Sequence record: SRR2962707_3138
Direction: 5' to 3' (one strand)
Length of the DNA stretch: 47,960 nucleotides
Below, in pieces: positions 40,351 to 47,960 of the stretch. The stretch's first letter is position 1. Each line of letters opens with the position of its first letter. The translations under genes and the position numbers were made by a program. The notes under the pieces were generated by a model. It saw only the letters and a list, made by a program, of their open reading frames with translations, had not been told where the DNA came from and made no database searches.

Positions 40351-42111
40351 TTACGATTCTACTGGTTTAACGAGTTTTATACCAAGTTCATTCAATTGTT
40401 CTTCGGAAATTGGTGAGGGTGAATCGATCATCACATCTCTGCCGCTGTTGTTTTTAGGGAAAGCAATAAAATCCCTGATGCTTTGTTCTCCTGCCATAAT
40501 CGCACACACCCTATCAAATCCATAGGCAATTCCACCATGTGGTGGTGCTCCGTATTCAAATGCACCCATCAGAAAGCCAAACTGAGCTTCTGCTTCTTCC
40601 TTACTAAACCCGAGCACTTCGAACATTTTGGCTTGGAGTGCCCTGTCATGGATACGAATAGATCCTCCTCCTGCCTCAACCCCATTGATAACCATATCAT
40701 ATGCGTTGGCTCGAACTGCACCTGGATCTGATGAAAGTTTGTCAATATCTTCCGGTTTAGGAGAAGTAAATGGGTGGTGCATCGCATGATAACGCTGTGT
40801 TTCTTCGTCCCATTCCAATAGTGGAAAGTCCAACACCCAGGCTGCTGCTACTTTATTTTTATCCCTCAATCCTAATCGTTCGCCCATTTCCAATCGAAGT
40901 TCATTCAAGGCTTTTCTAGTCTGATCCTTTTCACCAGCAAGAATCAAAAGCAAATCGCCCGGATTAGCTCCAAACTTATCTGCCCAACCTTTTAGTGCAT
41001 TCTCATCGAAGAATTTATCAACTGAAGATTTGAAAGTTCCATCTTCATTGCATTTGACATAAACTAAACCTTTAGCCCCAATCTGAGGCTTCTTCACAAA
41101 ATCTGTCAATGCATCAAGTTCTTTTCTTGAGTACTCTGAACAACCTGGCGCGTTGATCCCAACAACCAACTCGGCACCATCAAATACCACAAAACCTTTT
41201 CCCTGAGCGACATCATTCAACTCACAAAATTCCATTCCAAATCTAAGATCCGGTTTATCAGAACCATACTTGGTCATTGCTTCGTCGTACGAAATGCGCT
41301 GAAAATCTTCCAGTTCAATGCCTTTTATTTCTTTATAAAGGAACTTGGTCATCCCCTCAAACGTCTGAAGAATATCTTCCTGCTCCACAAATGCCATTTC
41401 ACAGTCGATCTGGGTAAACTCCGGTTGCCTGTCTGCTCTCAAGTCTTCATCTCTAAAGCACTTCACTATCTGAAAGTAGCGATCCATTCCTGCCACCATG
41501 AGCAACTGCTTGAATGTCTGTGGCGATTGAGGAAGCGCATAGAATTCATTCTCGTTCATTCGAGAAGGAACGATAAAATCTCTTGCACCCTCAGGAGTAG
41601 ATTTAATTAAATATGGAGTCTCTACTTCCACAAACTTTTGACCATTCAGATACTCTCTCACTTTTTGCATCATGGTGTGACGCAGCACAAGCTTCTCACG
41701 AACAGGATTTCTTCGAATATCCAGATAGCGATATTTCATTCGTAAATCTTCACCCCCGTCTGTTACATCTTCAATGGTAAATGGAGGGACTTTTGATCCG
41801 TTCAAAAACTCCAACGTACTTACCCTGATTTCTATGTCACCAGTAGGCATTTTATCATTCTTGGAATAGCGCTCAACGACCTCTCCCGATGCTTTCACCA
41901 CAAATTCGCGCCCTGCTTTTTTGGCCATTTCAATAATGGCATTGTCGGTGACACCTTCTTCGAAAATCAGCTGAGTGATACCATACCGATCACGCAAATC
42001 GATCCAGACAACACCACCCTTATCGCGTTGTTTTTGTACCCAACCACACAAAGTCACTTGTTGTCCTACATGTTCGTTTCTAAGCTCACCACAGGTATGC
42101 GTTCGTAGCAT
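40351..42111 (-). CDS. aspS: Aspartate--tRNA ligase
   Basis: [60 protein letters not shown]. Confidence 0.98.
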   Translation of the reverse strand: MLRTHTCGELRNEHVGQQVTLCGWVQKQRDKGGVVWIDLRDRYGITQLIFEEGVTDNAIIEMAKKAGREFVVKASGEVVERYSKNDKMPTGDIEIRVSTLEFLNGSKVPPFTIEDVTDGGEDLRMKYRYLDIRRNPVREKLVLRHTMMQKVREYLNGQKFVEVETPYLIKSTPEGARDFIVPSRMNENEFYALPQSPQTFKQLLMVAGMDRYFQIVKCFRDEDLRADRQPEFTQIDCEMAFVEQEDILQTFEGMTKFLYKEIKGIELEDFQRISYDEAMTKYGSDKPDLRFGMEFCELNDVAQGKGFVVFDGAELVVGINAPGCSEYSRKELDALTDFVKKPQIGAKGLVYVKCNEDGTFKSSVDKFFDENALKGWADKFGANPGDLLLILAGEKDQTRKALNELRLEMGERLGLRDKNKVAAAWVLDFPLLEWDEETQRYHAMHHPFTSPKPEDIDKLSSDPGAVRANAYDMVINGVEAGGGSIRIHDRALQAKMFEVLGFSKEEAEAQFGFLMGAFEYGAPPHGGIAYGFDRVCAIMAGEQSIRDFIAFPKNNSGRDVMIDSPSPISEEQLNELGIKLVKPVES

Positions 42112-42151
42112 AATTCTTAATTAAAATGATCGATTTGAAAAATTAAAGGCG

Positions 42152-42159
42152 CAAAGGTA
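42152..42159 (-). promoter_or_regulatory. Bacteroidota -7 promoter element for aspS
   Basis: TACCTTTG followed by CG on the minus strand, 40 nt upstream of the start. Confidence 0.7.
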
Positions 42160-42192
42160 GGATCATCAACTGAAAATACCCTGCTAACTTTT

Positions 42193-42200
42193 TAGCTTTG
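42193..42200 (+). promoter_or_regulatory. Bacteroidota -7 promoter element
   Basis: TAGCTTTG, 5 nt before the ATG at 42206. Confidence 0.6.
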
Positions 42201-42205
42201 GCCTT

Positions 42206-42760
42206 ATGAAAAAAATCCTTTCCATTCTATTCATAGCCTTTGCCCTCCAGGGAATCGCTCAAACTTATACCACTGTGAAGGTGGGGCCTGATCAAAAAAT
42301 CAGTTTGAAGATACCTGATATGCTTATCAGCATGACTGATCAGGATCGGATGAAAAAAGTATACTCAACCAAAGTTCCCCTGGCCATGTATGCAGATCAA
42401 AGCCAGGAAGTCACACTAGGTATCAACTACAACATCATGCAGTGGACGGAAAACGACACTGAAATGATTTATGGCTTTTATAAAGCCAGCATTAACAACC
42501 TTTTTGATACGACTGTCTTCATTCAAGATGAAATAAAAGAGATTAATGGTCGGAAATTCCTGATTTTCGAGTTTACAGGAACGATTGAAAATGACAATGC
42601 CTTTTCCGCAAAAGGAGCTCAGAAAAACTATTCCTATATCGCTTATACCTCCTGGAATGATCAGGTTTTGCTGTTCAATTTCAGTTGTAAAGCACGGTAT
42701 ATGAATCAATGGCAAGACATTGCCAAGACCATTATGGAAAGCATTAAGATCAAAGGATGA
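42206..42760 (+). CDS. Hypothetical exported protein
   Basis: Signal peptide MKKILSILFIAFALQGIA|Q; ATGA overlap with tadA. Confidence 0.8.
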   Translation: MKKILSILFIAFALQGIAQTYTTVKVGPDQKISLKIPDMLISMTDQDRMKKVYSTKVPLAMYADQSQEVTLGINYNIMQWTENDTEMIYGFYKASINNLFDTTVFIQDEIKEINGRKFLIFEFTGTIENDNAFSAKGAQKNYSYIAYTSWNDQVLLFNFSCKARYMNQWQDIAKTIMESIKIKG

Positions 42761-43209
42761 GTCTGAGCATCTATAGCGATGAGCATTTTATGAAGCAGGC
42801 GCTTAATGAAGCGCAAACAGCTTTTGATGAAGGTGAAATTCCTATTGGGGCTGTGATAGTCTGTGAGAATAAAATCATCGCCAAAGATCATAACAGAGTC
42901 GAACGACTCAATGATGCAACTGCACATGCAGAAATGCTGGCAGTGACAGCTGCGCAAAATCATCTTGGCTCCAAATACTTAAATGAATGTACACTTTTCG
43001 TCACTTTAGAACCTTGCAGCATGTGTGCAGGAGGATTGTTCTGGACGCAAATCGGACGGGTAGTGATTGGAGCGTTGGATAAGGAAAGAGGCTTCTCTAA
43101 ATACAGCAAAGACATCATCCATCCGAAAACTCAACTAAAGCTTGGAGTGATGGCCAATGAGTGTGAAATAATCATTAAAGATTTCTTTAAGAAGATTCGA
43201 GGCAACTAA
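42757..43209 (+). CDS. tadA: tRNA adenosine(34) deaminase / nucleoside deaminase
   Basis: GEIPIGAV, DATAHAEM, TLEPCSMCAG. Confidence 0.9.
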   Translation: MSLSIYSDEHFMKQALNEAQTAFDEGEIPIGAVIVCENKIIAKDHNRVERLNDATAHAEMLAVTAAQNHLGSKYLNECTLFVTLEPCSMCAGGLFWTQIGRVVIGALDKERGFSKYSKDIIHPKTQLKLGVMANECEIIIKDFFKKIRGN

Positions 43210-43269
43210 TCCTCCCTTCTTCTTGTTATACTTACCAAATCAATTTTAGAACTAAACCAAAACGATAAT

Positions 43270-43869
43270 ATGGCTTTTGAATTACCAAACCTACCGTATG
43301 CACACGATGCATTAGAACCACATATAGATGCTAAAACCATGGAAATTCACCATGGCAAGCACCACAACGGATATGTTACCAATTTGAATAATGCAGTTGC
43401 CGGAACGGACATGGAAGGCAAGTCATTAGAAGATCTTTGCAAGAATCACTCTGATGTTCCTGCAGTAAGAAACAATGGTGGTGGACACTTCAACCATTCT
43501 CTTTTCTGGACAGTAATGAGTCCTAATGGTGGTGGTGAACCTTCTGGTGCTTTGGCTGATGCCATCAATGCAAAATTTGGTTCTTTCGAAGGTTTCAAGG
43601 ATGCATTCAGCAAGGCGGCAGCTACCCGATTTGGTAGTGGATGGGCTTGGTTGTGCAAAAATGCAGACGGGACAGTTGAAGTTTGCTCTACTGCAAACCA
43701 GGACAATCCATTGATGCCGGAAGTAGGTTGTGCGGGTACTCCTATCCTAGGATTGGACGTATGGGAACATGCTTATTATTTGAACTATCAGAACAGAAGA
43801 CCAGACTACATTTCCGCATTTTTCAATGTGATTAACTGGGATGAAGTAAGCAAAAGATTTGGAGCTTAA
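43270..43869 (+). CDS. sodA: Superoxide dismutase, Mn-type signature
   Basis: [35 protein letters not shown]. Confidence 0.95.
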   Translation: MAFELPNLPYAHDALEPHIDAKTMEIHHGKHHNGYVTNLNNAVAGTDMEGKSLEDLCKNHSDVPAVRNNGGGHFNHSLFWTVMSPNGGGEPSGALADAINAKFGSFEGFKDAFSKAAATRFGSGWAWLCKNADGTVEVCSTANQDNPLMPEVGCAGTPILGLDVWEHAYYLNYQNRRPDYISAFFNVINWDEVSKRFGA

Positions 43870-43890
43870 TAAAATTCGCATTTATCTTAG
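43858..43890 (+). promoter_or_regulatory. Candidate his operon promoter (-33 TTTG, -7 TATCTTAG)
   Basis: TTTG (43858-61), 21 nt, TATCTTAG (43883-90); one mismatch to TAnnTTTG. Confidence 0.5.
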
Positions 43891-43898
43891 CCGGAGAA

Positions 43899-43958
43899 AT
43901 GAGAAATAATACACTACATCATCATCTACATCATGCAAGCCCTCGGAAGAGACGGTGA
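43899..43958 (+). CDS. hisL: His operon leader peptide MRNNTLHHHLHHASPRKRR
   Basis: 19-codon ORF with 5 His codons in 6 positions, upstream of a terminator and hisG; not in the ORF track. Confidence 0.88.
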   Translation: MRNNTLHHHLHHASPRKRR

Positions 43959-43989
43959 TGTAGGAGTATTGTAGTTTTTAAAATAACGC

Positions 43990-44020
43990 AAGCCCCGACG
44001 ATACCGTCGGGGCTTTTTTT
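43990..44020 (+). terminator. Attenuator terminator of the his leader
   Basis: AAGCCCCGACG-atac-CGTCGGGGCTT perfect stem plus U tract. Confidence 0.9.
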
Positions 44021-44068
44021 GTCTATACACGACTATAAAACATTGAGAAGATTAGAAACTAAAAAATA

Positions 44069-44926
44069 ATGGAAGCAAAATTGAAAATAGCTATACAGAA
44101 AAGCGGGAGGTTGAATGAGAAAAGCCTGCAGCTTCTTAGAGAATGTGGCATCTCTATCAATAATGGAGGGAAGCTTATGTCAACAGCATCCAATTTTCCA
44201 CTCGAAGTATTCTACCTGCGCGATGATGATATTCCACAATATGTAGCAGAGGGTGTTGCTGATATCGGGATCGTGGGCGAGAATGAATACCTCGAAAAAC
44301 TACAGCCGGTCGAGATCATCAATCGACCCGGATTTTCGAGATGCAAATTATCCCTCGCAATAAGAAGAGAAGAAGAATACACAGGACTTTCGTGGTTTGA
44401 GAGTAAAAGAATTGCAACCAGCTATCCTGTCATTCTCGAGAAATTCCTCAAAAAGAATGAGGTAAAAGCAACCATTGAAAAAATCAGTGGAAGTGTTGAG
44501 ATCGCGCCGGGGATTGGGTTAGCCGATGGCATTTTTGACATTGTAAGCACAGGCAGTACGCTCCTCGCCAATGGATTGAAAGAAGTGGAAGTAGTGCTGA
44601 AAAGTGAGGCCGTACTGATTAGCAACACGATGCTTGGCCCACTCAAAAAAGCAATACTTGAAAAGCTGCTCTTCCGAATCGAAGCGGCAAAATCTGCCAA
44701 ACAGAACAAATACATCCTTTTGAATGCACCTAATGATAAATTAGAAGACATCATTGATTTATTACCGGGTATGAGGAGCCCAACTGTCCTCCCACTTGCA
44801 GATGAAGGCTGGAGTAGTGTACACAGTGTGATCCAGGAAGACGATTTCTGGGATGTGATCGATCAACTAAAGGCTAAAGGAGCTGAAGGTATTTTGGTGT
44901 GTCCAATTGAAAAAATGATTGTTTAG
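44069..44926 (+). CDS. hisG: ATP phosphoribosyltransferase (long form)
   Basis: LKIAIQKSGRL, RDDDIP, IATSYP, GSVEIAP, DIVSTGSTL, C-terminal LPGMRSPTV regulatory domain. Confidence 0.97.
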   Translation: MEAKLKIAIQKSGRLNEKSLQLLRECGISINNGGKLMSTASNFPLEVFYLRDDDIPQYVAEGVADIGIVGENEYLEKLQPVEIINRPGFSRCKLSLAIRREEEYTGLSWFESKRIATSYPVILEKFLKKNEVKATIEKISGSVEIAPGIGLADGIFDIVSTGSTLLANGLKEVEVVLKSEAVLISNTMLGPLKKAILEKLLFRIEAAKSAKQNKYILLNAPNDKLEDIIDLLPGMRSPTVLPLADEGWSSVHSVIQEDDFWDVIDQLKAKGAEGILVCPIEKMIV

Positions 44927-44965
44927 TGATGAGTAATGATCAATTAGTAATGAATAATTATCAAT
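44924..44965. repeat. Six degenerate heptamers at the hisG/hisD junction
   Basis: TAGTGAT GAGTAAT GATCAAT TAGTAAT GAATAAT TATCAAT. Confidence 0.6.
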
Positions 44966-46227
44966 ATCCTGAACGGAAAGATTGGGAGGCTCTGAGTCTA
45001 CGCCCAACCTATGATTTCACTGCATTGGAATCCACCGTAAGTAAGATCATGAAGCAGGTACAAGACAATGGAGACCAAGCATTAATTGATTACGCTCGCC
45101 AATTCGATCAGATTGAGTTGGATTCGATCACAATCGATTTATCGGACACAACATTTTCTATTGATCCGGAACTTGCGGATGCAATACAAGTGGCAAAAGC
45201 CAATATCGAAACCTTTCACAAGTCTCAGAAAGAGGAAGTCAATATCATTGAGACAAGTCCCGGTGTTAACTGCTGGAGAAAGAGTATCCCCATTCAAAAT
45301 GTTGGACTTTATATCCCGGGAGGTACTGCCCCCCTATTCTCTACATTGCTGATGCTGGCAATTCCAGCTCAATTGGCAGGTTGTTCAAATCTGGTAGTTT
45401 GCACACCTCCCGATAAATCCGGTAAGCTTAATGCGGTTATCGGTTGGACGTGTCAGTTGTTGGGAATTAAGCAAATCTACCTGGCAGGTGGAGCTCAAGC
45501 TATTGCCGCAATGACCTATGGAACAGCATCCATACCCAAAGTAGATAAACTATTTGGGCCGGGAAATCAATACGTCACAGCAGCTAAACAGCAGGCTCAA
45601 AAAGAGGGAGTTGCAATTGATATGCCGGCAGGGCCAAGTGAGGTGTTGGTAATAGCTGATGACTCTGCTAACCCTTCTTTTGTGGCTGCAGATCTTCTTT
45701 CCCAGGCTGAGCACGGCATAGATAGTCAGGTAGTATTGGTAAGCGACTCAAAAGATTTGATCAATAATGTAGATGTTCAAATTAAAATGCAGCTTTCAGA
45801 CTTACCTAGAAAAGACATAGCAGAGCAGGCTTTAAAAAATAGCTCTTCGATTTTAGTTGAGGACTTGAATGAAGCATTAGCATTTAGCAATATGTATGCT
45901 CCCGAGCACCTCATCATTGCAACCAACAATTGTGATGAATTGGCCAATCAAGTTACCAATGCTGGAAGTGTCTTTCTTGGCAATTGGAGTTGTGAGAGCG
46001 CAGGTGATTATGCAAGTGGCACCAATCACACCTTGCCTACCAATGGCTTTGCAAGAAGTTATAGCGGTGTGTCATTAGACAGTTTCGTGAAAAAAGTCAC
46101 GTTCCAGAAGTTGACGGAAGAAGGCATTAAAAAACTAGGGCCTGTCATTGAAAAAATGGCAGAGGCTGAACAACTGACGGCACATAAAAACGCAGTGAGT
46201 TTGAGACTAAAAGTATTGTTGGATTAA
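44950..46227 (+). CDS. hisD: Histidinol dehydrogenase
   Basis: VGLYIPGG, GGAQAIAA, GPGNQYV, IDMPAGPSE, DLLSQAEH, APEHL, GDYASGTNHTLPT. Start probably the ATG at 44950. Confidence 0.97.
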   Translation: MNNYQYPERKDWEALSLRPTYDFTALESTVSKIMKQVQDNGDQALIDYARQFDQIELDSITIDLSDTTFSIDPELADAIQVAKANIETFHKSQKEEVNIIETSPGVNCWRKSIPIQNVGLYIPGGTAPLFSTLLMLAIPAQLAGCSNLVVCTPPDKSGKLNAVIGWTCQLLGIKQIYLAGGAQAIAAMTYGTASIPKVDKLFGPGNQYVTAAKQQAQKEGVAIDMPAGPSEVLVIADDSANPSFVAADLLSQAEHGIDSQVVLVSDSKDLINNVDVQIKMQLSDLPRKDIAEQALKNSSSILVEDLNEALAFSNMYAPEHLIIATNNCDELANQVTNAGSVFLGNWSCESAGDYASGTNHTLPTNGFARSYSGVSLDSFVKKVTFQKLTEEGIKKLGPVIEKMAEAEQLTAHKNAVSLRLKVLLD

Positions 46228-46310
46228 CTGGATTATAGATTTTTTCGATTGAACGGAGTAGTCAATCAATCATCAATCGAAGAAATCGCAAATCGAAGAA
46301 ATCGTAAATC
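46219..46310. repeat. Inverted periodic arrays (GATT units vs AATC units) at the hisD/hisC junction
   Basis: GATT spaced 9/7/9 on the left and AATC spaced 9/7/9/7 on the right; 15-bp core stem 46238-46252 with 46273-46287. Confidence 0.75.
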
Positions 46311-46320
46311 AAAAAGAGAA

Positions 46321-47931
46321 ATGACTTTCAAAATACAAAACATAACAAGGCCAAATATTCTTCAACTAAAGCCATATTCAAGCGCTCGTGACGAATTTGA
46401 TGGTCTTGCGTCCGTTTCGCTGGATGCGAACGAAAATCCCTTTGGCTTTGGATTAAATCGTTATCCGGATGCTTCGATGAAAGAGCTGAAGCATGCATTT
46501 GCGAAGTATCGAAATGTCGAAACCAATGAATTGATTTTTGGTAACGGAAGCGATGAATTGATTGACTTGCTTATTCGTGCGTTTTGTGAGCCTGGTGAGG
46601 ACAAAATACTCACCTTCACTCCCTCCTTCAGTATGTATTCGGTGTGTGCGGGTATCAACAATATTGAAGTGATCGAGGAACCTTTGACAATGGATTTTCA
46701 AATTGATTTTGAATCGCTGAAACCGAAATTGTCTGATACAAAGCTGAAGATCATCTTCATTTGTTCGCCAAATAATCCAACCGGTAATGCCATCGAAAAA
46801 TCAATTATTGAAAATATCTCTGCATCCTTCAATGGGTTGGTGGTGGTCGATGAGGCCTACGTTGATTTTTCCGGTCAAAGTTTGGTCAATGAATCAATTC
46901 CAAATCTGTTAGTTCTTCAAACATTCAGCAAGGCACTGGGATTGGCAGGTGCCCGGTTAGGTATCGGCATTGGCAACCCGGAAGTGGTTGATATCTTGAA
47001 CAAGATCAAGCCGCCCTATAATGTCAATTCGCTGACGCAGGAAAAAGCGTTGGAGGTATTGGCACGACCTGAGGAGATCCAAAAACAAGTTCAAGTACTC
47101 ATCGAAGAGCGCAATCAACTAATAGAAGAACTGGAGGTTCTTCCAGTAGTAAAAAGAATCTATCCTTCAGAGGCTAATTTCCTTTTGGTAGAATTTGATG
47201 ATGCCAAGAAGCAGTACAAGCAGCTCCAGGAAAAAGGAATTATCGTAAGAGATCGGTCCAGTCAGGTTGCCAATACCCTACGGATTACTGTTGGAACACC
47301 CATAGAAAACAAACAACTGATTGCCGCTTTGAAAGAAGAGGCATATCAGGAATCCGGAAGAATCGGTAGATGTATACGTGCTACTTCTGAAACAAAAATC
47401 AGAATTGAGGTGAATCTTGACGATCCTAAGGCAACAGCTATCTCAACTGGTGTTGCCTTCTTCGATCATATGCTGGATCAAATCGCGAGACATGGTTCCA
47501 TTGGTCTGTTCGCACAGGTACAGGGTGATTTGAACATTGATCCACATCACACAATTGAAGATACAGCCCTGGCTTTGGGCACCGCATTCAATGATGCATT
47601 GAAAGATCGAAAAGGAATTGAACGGTATGGATTTTTGTTACCGATGGATGATTGCCTGGCGCAAGTCGCTATTGATTTTGGGGGTCGACCCTGGCTGGAA
47701 TGGGAAGCAAACTTCAAAGCAACAACAGTAGGAGAAATGCCAACTGAAATAGTTTTCCACTTTTTCAAATCGTTTTCAGATACAGCAAGATGTAATCTGA
47801 ATATCAAAGCCGCGGGAGATAACGATCACCACAAGATTGAATCCATTTTTAAGGCGTTTGCCAGAGCATTGAAAATGGCGGTGAGGCGAGATGAGAGTGG
47901 TGTGATGCCAAGTACAAAAGGAGTGTTATAA
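46321..47931 (+). CDS. hisC: Fused histidinol-phosphate aminotransferase (HisC) / imidazoleglycerol-phosphate dehydratase (HisB IGPD domain)
   Basis: [43 protein letters not shown], then in frame [42 protein letters not shown]. Start moved to the ATG at 46321. Confidence 0.92.
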   Translation: MTFKIQNITRPNILQLKPYSSARDEFDGLASVSLDANENPFGFGLNRYPDASMKELKHAFAKYRNVETNELIFGNGSDELIDLLIRAFCEPGEDKILTFTPSFSMYSVCAGINNIEVIEEPLTMDFQIDFESLKPKLSDTKLKIIFICSPNNPTGNAIEKSIIENISASFNGLVVVDEAYVDFSGQSLVNESIPNLLVLQTFSKALGLAGARLGIGIGNPEVVDILNKIKPPYNVNSLTQEKALEVLARPEEIQKQVQVLIEERNQLIEELEVLPVVKRIYPSEANFLLVEFDDAKKQYKQLQEKGIIVRDRSSQVANTLRITVGTPIENKQLIAALKEEAYQESGRIGRCIRATSETKIRIEVNLDDPKATAISTGVAFFDHMLDQIARHGSIGLFAQVQGDLNIDPHHTIEDTALALGTAFNDALKDRKGIERYGFLLPMDDCLAQVAIDFGGRPWLEWEANFKATTVGEMPTEIVFHFFKSFSDTARCNLNIKAAGDNDHHKIESIFKAFARALKMAVRRDESGVMPSTKGVL

Positions 47932-47960
47932 GAATATAGAATTCAGAATATAGAATTCAG
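47931..47960. repeat. Heptamer tandem array running off the window end
   Basis: AGAATAT AGAATTC AGAATAT AGAATTC AG, starting at the hisC-hisB stop codon. Confidence 0.8.

Noticed and set aside
46249-46320. N-terminal extension of HisC (MNGVVNQSS...)
   Set aside because: It is translated intergenic repeat. The ATG at 46321 matches the normal HisC start. Similar over-extensions were trimmed for moaA, moaC, padR, hisD, the redoxin and the 32419 ORF.

Overview
A roughly 40% GC chromosomal segment from a Bacteroidota genome, most likely a marine Cytophagales. The assignment rests on T9SS C-terminal domains, TAnnTTTG promoters, signal peptides followed by Gln, a moaC-mog fusion and a monomeric IDH. 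In order, the window holds: (1) the end of a T9SS cargo gene; (2) a minus-strand molybdenum-cofactor biosynthesis/maturation operon (iscS-like, xdhC, mocA, moaD, moeB, moaE, four-helix-bundle gene, moaC-mog, moaA, moeA), divergent from tfoX-like and iorAB-like molybdoenzyme genes; (3) a serine hydrolase, a methionine aminotransferase and two membrane sensor-like proteins without a kinase domain; (4) padR plus an ABC permease, with a clear double operator; (5) a 3715-aa T9SS surface protein with 8 propeller/Ig modules; (6) housekeeping genes icd, panB, aspS, tadA and sodA; (7) the start of the his operon, with an unannotated His-rich leader peptide/attenuator and an unusual HisC-IGPD fusion. 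The most intriguing signal is a four-helix-bundle (IVS/Avd-like) gene inside the moa operon, flanked by mutually complementary ~7-nt periodic arrays. Similar arrays with no gene in them occupy three successive junctions of the his operon, which suggests a repeat-bracketed insertion/RNA-looping system. No rRNA, tRNA, CRISPR, transposase or integrase was seen. All calls are from motif recognition by eye; no searches were run.
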